This document shows, piece by piece, positions 55,746-64,000 of a DNA stretch of 64,000 nucleotides. The stretch's first letter is position 1. The number at the start of each line of letters is the position of its first letter. Position numbers and translations under genes: made by a program. The stretch spans positions 32,001-96,000 of the IMG/VR virus record IMGVR_UViG_3300028591_000085; one strand, 5' to 3'. The notes below the pieces were generated by a model. The model did no database searches. It saw only the letters and a program-made list of their open reading frames with translations, and had not been told where the DNA came from. The stretch is from a virus (Duplodnaviria > Caudoviricetes).

Positions 55746-57110
55746 ATGATAGAACAGATACTCCATGAAGAAAAACCAAAGTATGGAAAATATTTTTTAG
55801 CAACTGAGGCTCCAAAAAAGAAGGCTAGTAATTCTAATGTTAAAATTACAAGGAAAAAAAATACCTTTGATAATTTCGCACTTAATGATGCAGAAGATTT
55901 AGCAGTCGATGATATGGATTTTGATGGAACTGATGATTTAGATGATGTTGATTCTTTTGATGGAATGTCATTAGATGATGTTGTTGAACCTGATCCGGTT
56001 GAAATCCCTAATCCTAATAGCCGACAAAAAGTAGTAAATTCAGTTGCAGATATTAAAAAGAAACCCAAAGTAACTGAAAATGATTTAGATAAATTTGATG
56101 GGCCTGATGAAATACCATCACCAATTGAAGCTCCCAGTGAAGACAATGGTCCTGCTCCAATTGAAACACCTAATCCTGGACCTGAGCCAATTGAATCTCC
56201 CAGTGAAGACGATGGTCCTGCTCCGATAGAGTCACCGGATGGTGGTGGGGGAGATGGACCTGCTCCAATTGAAGCTCCCAGTGAAGATGATGGTCCTGCT
56301 CCAATTGAAACACCTGATCAAGGTCCTACTCCAATTGAAGCTCCGTCTGATGTACAAGTAGATACCCCATCAAATAATGAGGAACCTGCTGCAATACCAC
56401 CTCCTGAAGATGGTGGAGATGGTGGTCCTGAGCCAATTGAATCTCCCAGTGAAGATGATGGTCCTGCTCCGATAGAGTCACCGGATGGTGGCGGGGGAGA
56501 TGGACCTGCTCCAATTGAAGCTCCGTCTGATGTACAAGTAGATACCCCATCAAATAATGAGGAACCTGCTGCAATACCACCTCCTGAAGATGGTGGAGAT
56601 GATGGTCCGGCACCTATAGCATCACCTGATAATAATGGTGATCCCAATAATCAGCAGCCTGATAATGGAGATGGTCCGGCACCTATAGCATCACCTGATA
56701 ATAATGGTGATCCCAATAATCAGCAGCCCGATACCAATTTTAATAATCAAACTGATAATCAACAAAATAATCCTAATAATCAAAATCAAAATAATCCTCC
56801 TGGTGCTGAATATGATTCTACCAGAAAGTATTTATTATTTAAAGAATATATGTCTTTATATAATGCTATTGATAATTATATATTTAAATTAGAAGATAGT
56901 ATTAATGATGATTTAAAAGCAAATCAAATTATTAAAACTGCTGTAAATAAATTAAGAGAAATAAAAGAATTAATTTATGACTATATACTAATTAAATTTG
57001 ATAATAATACTTATGTGCAATCTTTACTATTTTATCAAAATCTAATTGTATCTGTGCAGATAGTATTTAGATTTTTAGGTGATATAGAAAGACAAAATAA
57101 ATATGATTAA
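55746..57110 (+). CDS. Acidic Pro-rich repeat protein upstream of capsid gene (scaffold/core-like)
   Basis: Repeated GP(A/E/T)PI(E/A)(S/A/T)P units; helical C-terminal domain. Confidence 0.65.
   Translation: MIEQILHEEKPKYGKYFLATEAPKKKASNSNVKITRKKNTFDNFALNDAEDLAVDDMDFDGTDDLDDVDSFDGMSLDDVVEPDPVEIPNPNSRQKVVNSVADIKKKPKVTENDLDKFDGPDEIPSPIEAPSEDNGPAPIETPNPGPEPIESPSEDDGPAPIESPDGGGGDGPAPIEAPSEDDGPAPIETPDQGPTPIEAPSDVQVDTPSNNEEPAAIPPPEDGGDGGPEPIESPSEDDGPAPIESPDGGGGDGPAPIEAPSDVQVDTPSNNEEPAAIPPPEDGGDDGPAPIASPDNNGDPNNQQPDNGDGPAPIASPDNNGDPNNQQPDTNFNNQTDNQQNNPNNQNQNNPPGAEYDSTRKYLLFKEYMSLYNAIDNYIFKLEDSINDDLKANQIIKTAVNKLREIKELIYDYILIKFDNNTYVQSLLFYQNLIVSVQIVFRFLGDIERQNKYD
56099..56731 (+). repeat. Intragenic nested tandem repeats
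   Basis: Near-identical DNA blocks, e.g. gagccaattgaatctcccagtgaaga x2, ctccgtctgatgtacaagtagataccccatc x2, gatggtccggcacctatagcatcacctgataataatggtgatcccaataatcagcagcc x2. Confidence 0.85.
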
Positions 57111-57150
57111 AAAAAGTTAATTACCTTGAAAATACGTAGATTAAACAATA

Positions 57151-57162
57151 AACATTAAATTA
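57151..57162 (+). promoter_or_regulatory. Late-type promoter motif
   Basis: AACA-TTAAAT-TA upstream of capsid gene. Confidence 0.6.
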
Positions 57163-57271
57163 ATTATAGTTAATTCGAATGGATTAGCTACCGACTTGTG
57201 TTTATACTTGTCGGATTGTACACAATTTTATTTTTACACTAATCTATTTTTTATGAAGGAGTGAATTATAA

Positions 57272-59077
57272 ATGCTTACATTTTTAAGTGAGTCGGCTAA
57301 GGATTTTAAAGAGACTGCTACTGTAGGTGGTTTTACCTCTGGACATTCCAATGGTTTCGACGATATTTTTACTGAGGCCTATGATTCAATGCTCGCAAAT
57401 GGTATTGATGTAATGGTCGACATTAATCCGATGATTCGGAATAAGGCTAAGCTGAATGCATTCAAGGACGCTCTCATTGGTGAGCTTAAAACTGAATGTG
57501 CAAACATGGCTGATACTGAGGGTGAGTTTGGTACTCATGCCCATCTGTATGATCAGGTATCTGATATGTTTGATAACTGTGTGGAGGACTTCTATAAGGA
57601 GTCAACTAAGGTTCCTCAGCTTCTCCCGATTAAGGCTATTGATTTCCCGATTCTGGTAAAGCAGCAGCTTAAGCTTGCTACTAAGGATATTATCCAGACC
57701 GAGGTTACTAAGAGCCCCATTATCAAGAAGCATATTGAGCAGACCTATATCGTTGATAACAATGATAAGACTAGAAGATGGAAGTATCCTCAGTGCTTCT
57801 TCACTGATGATTTCAAGGAGATCTTCAAGGCTGGTAAGGGTCTTCCGATTAAGAATACTCCTGTAAACCTTCCTGTTTCTAATCTTAATGTACCTGCTGT
57901 TCTGACTGATGCGGATGCAGTTGGTTCCAAGACTAATTCAGGTCGTGAGAATTTCACAATGGATCTTAAGATCACTAAGGTTCTTGTAGAGGATCCTGAT
58001 GATGATACTAAGACTATTACTGTAACTCTTCCCCGTCCCATGAGAATCAATCTTTCTGATAATCAGTGGCTCGGCGGTAAGATTGATACTACTGTTATCG
58101 GTTCTAATGGTACAGAAGCTCATATTACTGACCATATTATGGGTGTTGCAGACTTTGTTGCTAATACTACTTCTCTTGCAGCAGTAGAAGGCAATGTAAA
58201 GGCTGTTATCTTTGATGGTTATCTCTCGAATGAGAAGAACGAGAGACACGTAACGTTCGATTATGCACGCGAAGAGATCGAGTGGAAGATCGAAGACGGT
58301 ACTCGTGTAAACGTTCCTTACTCCCTTGAGGAGCTTGAGGACGCTAAGGCTCTTATGGACATCGACCTCTATAAGAAGACTTACAATAATCTGTCTGACT
58401 ACATGACTCAGATGGAGGATTCTACTATTCTCGCATGGCTCGACGATCAGTTCAATCTCTACGATGGTGTTGAGATTTCTCAGGACGATATCCTCGGTTG
58501 GGGTTCGTTTATCACCAAGAGAGTATTTGACTGCGATTCTACTTCGCTGACTACTGCTCTGCCTAATGAGTACATTGAGAAGATGCTCAAGTTTAAGATC
58601 GACAGACTTATCATCGATATCTGCGATAAGGCTAAGCTTGAGGATATGACTTTCGTTATCTACGGTAACCCGAGATTCATTTCTCTCCTCAATCCCGTAG
58701 TTAACTGGATTACCAGACCCGGTTCCACCGCTAATGGTGTTAAGCTTGATTATAGCTATGGCATCATGACTTCCGGTGATGTTAAGGTACAGGTTGTATC
58801 TACTAAGAAGGTTAATGCTTCTTATGATGACGACAAGAAGGAGTTCTCTGGTATCAGAATTATTCCGTTCCCGCTGTCTAATGAGCAGTTTACCTTCAAG
58901 CACTACAAGTACACCACTCATATTCTGACCGCTCAGAATAGTGCGTACCGTGCTCCTGATCTCCCGGGTGGTTCTATGACCAACCTGATGGGTGTATCTC
59001 GTTATACGAATGCTGCTATCCAGGGTATCCAGGCGCAGCTTAAGTTCGCTAACGCTGAGACTTACATCGAGATCTAA
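57272..59077 (+). CDS. Major capsid protein precursor
   Basis: 601 aa; strongest high-expression codon bias in window; propeptide ending YKE-S followed by QLLPIKAIDFPILVKQ as in T4/phiKZ-type capsids; own promoter and terminator. Confidence 0.75.
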   Translation: MLTFLSESAKDFKETATVGGFTSGHSNGFDDIFTEAYDSMLANGIDVMVDINPMIRNKAKLNAFKDALIGELKTECANMADTEGEFGTHAHLYDQVSDMFDNCVEDFYKESTKVPQLLPIKAIDFPILVKQQLKLATKDIIQTEVTKSPIIKKHIEQTYIVDNNDKTRRWKYPQCFFTDDFKEIFKAGKGLPIKNTPVNLPVSNLNVPAVLTDADAVGSKTNSGRENFTMDLKITKVLVEDPDDDTKTITVTLPRPMRINLSDNQWLGGKIDTTVIGSNGTEAHITDHIMGVADFVANTTSLAAVEGNVKAVIFDGYLSNEKNERHVTFDYAREEIEWKIEDGTRVNVPYSLEELEDAKALMDIDLYKKTYNNLSDYMTQMEDSTILAWLDDQFNLYDGVEISQDDILGWGSFITKRVFDCDSTSLTTALPNEYIEKMLKFKIDRLIIDICDKAKLEDMTFVIYGNPRFISLLNPVVNWITRPGSTANGVKLDYSYGIMTSGDVKVQVVSTKKVNASYDDDKKEFSGIRIIPFPLSNEQFTFKHYKYTTHILTAQNSAYRAPDLPGGSMTNLMGVSRYTNAAIQGIQAQLKFANAETYIEI

Positions 59078-59110
59078 TTAATTTATATTTTAAGAATTTT
59101 ATAACATGAT

Positions 59111-59153
59111 ATCGTGGCTAAATGCAATTAAGCATTTAGCCACGATTTTTTTT
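59111..59153 (+). terminator. Intrinsic terminator
   Basis: atcgtggctaaatgc/gcatttagccacgat plus T-run. Confidence 0.85.
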
Positions 59154-59167
59154 AATAAAAAAAATAT

Positions 59168-59203
59168 AAAAAAATCCTCCCCCGAAATGTTTCGGGGGAG
59201 GAT
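59168..59203 (-). terminator. Intrinsic terminator
   Basis: atcctcccccgaaa/tttcgggggaggat with U-tract on minus strand. Confidence 0.85.
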
Positions 59204-59245
59204 AATAAATTGAAACTGAAGGTGGATAAAGTAATCTGAATAAAT

Positions 59246-59740
59246 TTAGCTAAGCATAGCAGATAATTTAATTAAAATATTAGTTATCCTATCACCATTA
59301 ACAAGATTTTCACCAAGATACCCTTCATAAGTATCCATATTTAATCTTTCACCATTAAAGGATATCTCACTTATCTTTCTTTCATGAATAAATGACATAG
59401 AGTCACCATCCAATGTTAATGAAACGGTAATAGTCATGCCGAAATCAGAATTAGTTATCCCGATTATAAATACCGAATCAAGATTACTGTATTGGGTGTC
59501 ATTATAGAACGCAGAATATGATACGGTGATCGAGGATTTAGTTCCGTTATTTTCTGTAACAATAAATGGAGCTGACGGAAAATACCTAAAACCGATTAAC
59601 TTTGAGTCGTCACTCAAAAGATCCTTTACTTCACTACACGAATCGTCATTGATCAAAGTTTCAGAACCTTTTTTGTACAGCTTCCATATTGCGAGCCTTA
59701 AAGCCAGCTCAAATTCATCCATCTTCTTTATACCATTCAT
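59246..59740 (-). CDS. Hypothetical protein (cassette cargo)
   Basis: AAGGAGGT RBS, 164 aa, downstream of leader copy E. Confidence 0.75.
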   Translation of the reverse strand: MNGIKKMDEFELALRLAIWKLYKKGSETLINDDSCSEVKDLLSDDSKLIGFRYFPSAPFIVTENNGTKSSITVSYSAFYNDTQYSNLDSVFIIGITNSDFGMTITVSLTLDGDSMSFIHERKISEISFNGERLNMDTYEGYLGENLVNGDRITNILIKLSAMLS

Positions 59741-59768
59741 TGAATAGTACCTCCTTATAATATTTACT

Positions 59769-59842
59769 TAAAAATATCATTCTGAACTTTACGAGTCTTA
59801 TTATCCACTAATTGGATTGCGTAAATTAAAATAATATTTTTA
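59769..59842 (-). ncRNA. Conserved structured 5' leader motif, divergent copy E
   Basis: AATTTACG CAATCC AATTAGT GGAT AATAAGACT CGTAAAG TTC with compensatory changes. Confidence 0.6.
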
Positions 59843-59871
59843 GCATACGTCCTTTATATTAAGACTAAAAA

Positions 59872-59880
59872 ATAATATAT
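59872..59880 (-). promoter_or_regulatory. Early-type promoter motif
   Basis: ATATATTAT upstream of copy E. Confidence 0.55.
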
Positions 59881-59883
59881 AAT

Positions 59884-60612
59884 TTAATTCATATTGTCAT
59901 ATATAAAATCAGGAATTACCGATACATCTTTAATATTATTATTCATTAAATTATATACTTTTAATGTGAAAACGATATGGTGACGATATTCGATTATAAT
60001 GGTAACTCTGACATATCTACACATAATATCTACGTCGCCAAGATAATCTTTATATATATTATATAAAGCAATTCGCCTATCATCATCTTTGTGTTTGTTT
60101 TTAATCCAATTTAAAAAATTTATAGGTAATAATTTACCGTTTATAACTTGGTTTTTAGCGATATCATCCATTGTTGCTGATATATCATTTGCATATATTG
60201 GAAAAGATATTTTTCTAATATTAGGGATTAATATTCTATCATACCCAAGTCCTTTTCTATTAATAATCATTTGATATGTCCACTCATCAGTAAACTCTTC
60301 ACTGATAGATGGAAGTGCTATATTTTGAATTATTTCTTTTTCACATTTATTAGCATTAATGGGAAATAGTCGTTTTATATCATCAATGTCTTGTAGAAAC
60401 GCACTAATTTCATTCATCTTTTCACATAATGTATTGCGGATATCATTTATCATAATTGCAATGCTAGTGCTGTCAGCTTTCATATTTACATTAGGATAAT
60501 TTTCAGCGATTTCACATCCTCTTGTTAACATTTCATTTGCAAGAGTTGCAACAATGTAACATTTTTCAATAGCATCCTTAATGTTTATTCCTTCGTAATT
60601 ATTTTTTTCCAT
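59884..60612 (-). CDS. Hypothetical protein
   Basis: GGAGG RBS, 242 aa. Confidence 0.75.
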   Translation of the reverse strand: MEKNNYEGINIKDAIEKCYIVATLANEMLTRGCEIAENYPNVNMKADSTSIAIMINDIRNTLCEKMNEISAFLQDIDDIKRLFPINANKCEKEIIQNIALPSISEEFTDEWTYQMIINRKGLGYDRILIPNIRKISFPIYANDISATMDDIAKNQVINGKLLPINFLNWIKNKHKDDDRRIALYNIYKDYLGDVDIMCRYVRVTIIIEYRHHIVFTLKVYNLMNNNIKDVSVIPDFIYDNMN

Positions 60613-60706
60613 AATAAAAAACCTCCAGTAATATAAATATTATTTCTTTGTGTAGCAATATTTAAAAATCCATTATAGTAATAGTGATTGATAATATTTT
60701 AATAAC

Positions 60707-60718
60707 GACATTAACATA
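60707..60718 (+). promoter_or_regulatory. Late-type promoter motif
   Basis: GACA-TTAACA-TA. Confidence 0.55.
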
Positions 60719-60742
60719 ATAAAATTATTATGAAAGGAGATT

Positions 60743-61996
60743 TTGCGAATGAACTTCAACTTAAATAAAGATAAATTTCTCTCTATAGATGATGCTTTTT
60801 CAGTATTAAAAGAAGATAATATGAATAAAGCTGCATGTGAAATGATAGAAAAATCATTAGAGGGTTGCTTTAAAGGGAAGTTTTCCGTAAGACTTATAGA
60901 TGCTGATTCTAACTTACCACTTTTTATAATGTCTGTATTTCCTGAGATGGATACCGTAATGAAAATAATTACAGCAGTTTCATCTAATGACGAAAAGAAA
61001 GAATCTGTTGTTAGAAAATTGTGGGAACAAAATACATCTTGGATAATTGAAATAGATAAACGAATTTTAACACCTAACCTTAATTTTACTAATAGAGAGC
61101 TTACAGCTCTATTAATGCATGAGATAGGACATACAATATTCTCAAATTCGATTCCTCATAGAATAACTACAATTCTTCAATATGAGATTGCAGTTTCAAA
61201 GATGGAAGATAAAGCATTACTTAAAGATAGATTCTTTAAAAAGTTATTATCTCTTCCTGTATTAAATGCATGTATTGCGGATAACAAAAATAAAGAGTCT
61301 GTAAAAATTGAAATAAAAGCTGATAAATTTGCTCAAAAAATGGGATATACTAAAGAATTAAATTCGGTTCTTACTAAGTTAATTAAGCTCTCGAATAATT
61401 CTAATACCATGGATGAAAATATGAAACAAATGGCTAGATTCTCAATTGATACTGTTGACCAGTTAAGACAACGTCAAGATAAATTAGTTAAAAGAAATCT
61501 TTTAACTATTAGAAGAGAATGTGCTAGCCCATATATTGATGGAATCATAGACGAATTCTATTCTTCAATGTTCGAAGATCATGAAGATAGCTCAGTTACA
61601 GATGGTAAGAAGTTTAATTTCATGGTTGAACGTGCAGATAGAATTATTCAAGATGGAATAATGTCTGAAGCATTTATCTTAGGAACTAAAAAACTTAAAA
61701 GAATTGATCCTGCGATATTTGATTACATCAGGTTGAAGAAAGATAATATTCAAACCGATGGAGATAAAATGATGTTAATATCTTATATTCATAGTAAGCT
61801 TGACATAATAGAATATTATTTATCCATTTTATCAAGTCCAGTGTTATCAAAAAAATATATAGTTCCTGAAAGTGTAGAAGATTTGAATGTGATGAGGGAA
61901 ACATTAAATGTATTGAGAAATGATATTATTAATTATAGGATTCCTCAAAGAGTAAAAGGTATGTATATTGCATGGCCTGATAAATATTATGGATAA
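60743..61996 (+). CDS. Zincin-like (HExxH) metalloprotease-domain virion protein
   Basis: ALLMHEIGH ... EIKADKFA..GY..EL.S.L.K (M48-like arrangement). Confidence 0.7.
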   Translation: MRMNFNLNKDKFLSIDDAFSVLKEDNMNKAACEMIEKSLEGCFKGKFSVRLIDADSNLPLFIMSVFPEMDTVMKIITAVSSNDEKKESVVRKLWEQNTSWIIEIDKRILTPNLNFTNRELTALLMHEIGHTIFSNSIPHRITTILQYEIAVSKMEDKALLKDRFFKKLLSLPVLNACIADNKNKESVKIEIKADKFAQKMGYTKELNSVLTKLIKLSNNSNTMDENMKQMARFSIDTVDQLRQRQDKLVKRNLLTIRRECASPYIDGIIDEFYSSMFEDHEDSSVTDGKKFNFMVERADRIIQDGIMSEAFILGTKKLKRIDPAIFDYIRLKKDNIQTDGDKMMLISYIHSKLDIIEYYLSILSSPVLSKKYIVPESVEDLNVMRETLNVLRNDIINYRIPQRVKGMYIAWPDKYYG

Positions 61997-62018
61997 ATTA
62001 GAAAGGAATGATTGGTAT

Positions 62019-62909
62019 ATGAATACATTATCTATGGAATATGCTGTTGATATGAAAAGAATTGATAATTTTTTTGAGACATCAATTTCAAATTATATTA
62101 ATGATTTAAACTATGCCTATTTAGTAACAGAAACTAAACATGACGACGATGAATTTAGAATGTTATATATTGAAGCTGAAGGACAATTAATTGGAAAACT
62201 TAAAAAGACATTTGAAGCAATAATTCAAGCAATAAAGTCATGTATAGAAAAAATTAGAAACGCTGCTAATACAGAAGCTCAAAAAATGAAGCTTAAGAGG
62301 ATTGCTAAGAAGATATCATCAAAAAATATCAAATATATTCGTAAAGAATATGCTAATGGTCATGTTACTAAAGATGCTAAAAGAGATGCTATTCAGAGCA
62401 CACAAGCTGATTATAAAAAATATATTGTACTTATTAATCGCGTATGTGGATTAGCGAAAGAAATAAATAAAGCTAAACCTGGTGATGATTTGAGTGAATA
62501 TGAAAAACAACTTGATGAGTGTATTCGTGTATTTAAACTTTCGATAACAGGATGCAACATAGCACTGAAGCTCAATGTTAATGAAAATGTTAATTCTATC
62601 GTTAAAGATGTAAAAGTTCTTGACGAAACACTTTTAAAGATATCAGAAGAATCAAAAAAACGTATTGAGGAAATAGAGAAATACGCAACTGAAGGTAATA
62701 GTGAAAATACTAGTCCTGAAAAAATTAGATTAATGAAACGATGTGCAACATCAATTGGAATAATTTCTAAAACAACTTCTCAGTCAATGGTAACATCTGT
62801 CAATAAACGAATTGATGTGTTGGATAAAGCAATTGATGATGCTATTGCTAATGGAGTTGAATCAGGTCTTAAACAAAAGACTGATGATATCAACGATGAT
62901 GAAGATTAA
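62019..62909 (+). CDS. Putative internal head protein (start corrected from track)
   Basis: AAAGGA RBS before ATG 62019; acidic propeptide ending YIE-A then amphipathic helix. Confidence 0.6.
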   Translation: MNTLSMEYAVDMKRIDNFFETSISNYINDLNYAYLVTETKHDDDEFRMLYIEAEGQLIGKLKKTFEAIIQAIKSCIEKIRNAANTEAQKMKLKRIAKKISSKNIKYIRKEYANGHVTKDAKRDAIQSTQADYKKYIVLINRVCGLAKEINKAKPGDDLSEYEKQLDECIRVFKLSITGCNIALKLNVNENVNSIVKDVKVLDETLLKISEESKKRIEEIEKYATEGNSENTSPEKIRLMKRCATSIGIISKTTSQSMVTSVNKRIDVLDKAIDDAIANGVESGLKQKTDDINDDED

Positions 62910-62926
62910 TATCATTTTTTAAATAT

Positions 62927-62972
62927 AATATAAGCACTATATGCAGTATTGGCATATAGTGCTTATATTTTT
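62927..62972 (+). terminator. Intrinsic terminator
   Basis: aatataagcactatatgc/gcatatagtgcttatatt plus T-run. Confidence 0.8.
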
Positions 62973-63022
62973 ATAGGATAAACTCATTTATAAATTATAA
63001 ATGAAAAGAGGCTGAAAGTATC

Positions 63023-63922
63023 ATGACTGATAATAAATTTTTTGAACGGATTTATTATACTTTACAAGATGAAGGATTAAATAGAGAAAGTGCACTTCAA
63101 ATTTTAAATACAGATGATAAAGTTTTAAAATATTTCAATGCTAAAACTTTTCCAAGTATTGATAATCATAGCAATAAAACAAAAACAGAATTAATATTTT
63201 CTGAATGTAAAAAAAATATATGGTTTTTCTTTAGAGAAATTATTAGAATACCAGTTCCTGGACAACCTCATGCATATGATTCATCAATGTATTTTCCATT
63301 GAATATGACATCTTTAAAAATGATATGGTGTTATAAACACCATATTCCGTTTTTTGTATGTACTAATGGAAATGACTATATTAGAGATATAACTTTAAAA
63401 TTATTATGGGTTTATGATTATATAACTAAAATATCAAATGATAAAGCTTCGTTTTCTATATTATTTACAAATGATAATGATATTAATCTATTTATATCTC
63501 AACTATATGAAATTATTGCAATTAACTCAGAAATATTACCTAGTTTATTTTCATTAGATGTAAATAATATTAAAGAACGAATACAAACTGCAAATAATCA
63601 AATACTTGAATCAAAAATAACAAACGATGTTATATTTGGTTTTAATATGCATAATTATTCTGATATATTCAATATTTTTAAGTTAAACCGAGATTATGAA
63701 AAAAAATCATTTTTTGTATTAGAAGGAGATTATAATAAAATTATAAATAATGATTTACGTATATATCTTTCATCGTTAATGACTAAAATGAAATTATCAT
63801 ATTTAGAATTAAGCGATGAGGATATTTCAGTTTTACAAACTATGATGCTTTATATATACGACGATGAATATTCGCTGGGGTATGATGCAAGATCAATAGA
63901 ATATCGAAAAAAGATATTATAA
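63023..63922 (+). CDS. Degenerate paralogue of the terminase large-subunit N-terminal/ATPase region
   Basis: IFSECKKNIWFFFREIIRIP...FPLN..L..WC matches phiKZ-like TerL N-terminus; no Walker A. Confidence 0.6.
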   Translation: MTDNKFFERIYYTLQDEGLNRESALQILNTDDKVLKYFNAKTFPSIDNHSNKTKTELIFSECKKNIWFFFREIIRIPVPGQPHAYDSSMYFPLNMTSLKMIWCYKHHIPFFVCTNGNDYIRDITLKLLWVYDYITKISNDKASFSILFTNDNDINLFISQLYEIIAINSEILPSLFSLDVNNIKERIQTANNQILESKITNDVIFGFNMHNYSDIFNIFKLNRDYEKKSFFVLEGDYNKIINNDLRIYLSSLMTKMKLSYLELSDEDISVLQTMMLYIYDDEYSLGYDARSIEYRKKIL

Positions 63923-63944
63923 AAATGAAGGGAGGTTAAATATA

Positions 63945-64000
63945 TTGAAAGGACGAATTGCCCGTATCAATAATCATTTAATTGATTTAGGGACTTACAA
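63945..64000 (+). CDS. Start of next gene, possibly terminase large subunit (partial)
   Basis: GGGAGG RBS, TTG start, MKGRIARINNHLIDLGTY; only 18 codons visible. Confidence 0.4.
   Translation, partial: MKGRIARINNHLIDLGTY

Noticed and set aside
57938-58921. 327-aa antisense ORF within the capsid gene
   Set aside because: Expected by-product of strong codon bias on the sense strand; no RBS
57272-59077. Chimallin (nuclear shell) call for the abundant 601-aa protein
   Set aside because: Late promoter, head-gene context, Glu-cleaved propeptide and capsid-like N-terminal motif favour major capsid protein
10607-59842. Leader copies as CRISPR repeats or integron attC sites
   Set aside because: Dispersed rather than arrayed, no spacers or cas genes, no integrase, no RYYYAAC/GTTRRRY ends, and always located 5' of the RBS
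1-64000. Stop-codon reassignment, tRNA genes, rRNA, IS elements
   Set aside because: Long genes are intact under the standard code; no cloverleaf/T-loop signatures, rRNA or transposase motifs were noticed by eye (tRNAscan not run)

Overview
AT-rich (about 30% GC by eye), gene-dense segment of a phiKZ/AR9-like jumbo myophage. The host is probably a Bacillota (strong GGAGG/AAAGGA ribosome-binding sites) and the genetic code is standard. Core genes: a >3,180-codon tape-measure-like tail protein running off the left edge (absent from the ORF track), a multisubunit RNA polymerase beta-type subunit, several Glu-processed head proteins, baseplate-like proteins, a tubulin/FtsZ-family GTPase, GyrB/GyrA-like type IIA topoisomerase subunits, the major capsid protein, a degenerate terminase paralogue and probably the start of TerL. 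Two promoter classes are visible (early-like ATAYAYYAT and AR9-late-like RACA-N6-TA), plus many intrinsic terminators. The most unusual signal is a set of self-contained accessory cassettes (early promoter, conserved covarying structured leader, RBS, unrelated small gene, terminator) with five dispersed leader copies. The first cassette carries a GC-rich NLTPH-family gene (possible Crn4-like ring nuclease) followed by an unannotated ~335-nt multi-pseudoknot RNA that displays a perfect 12-nt Shine-Dalgarno sequence in a hairpin loop. All functional calls come from motif recognition by eye; no searches were run.
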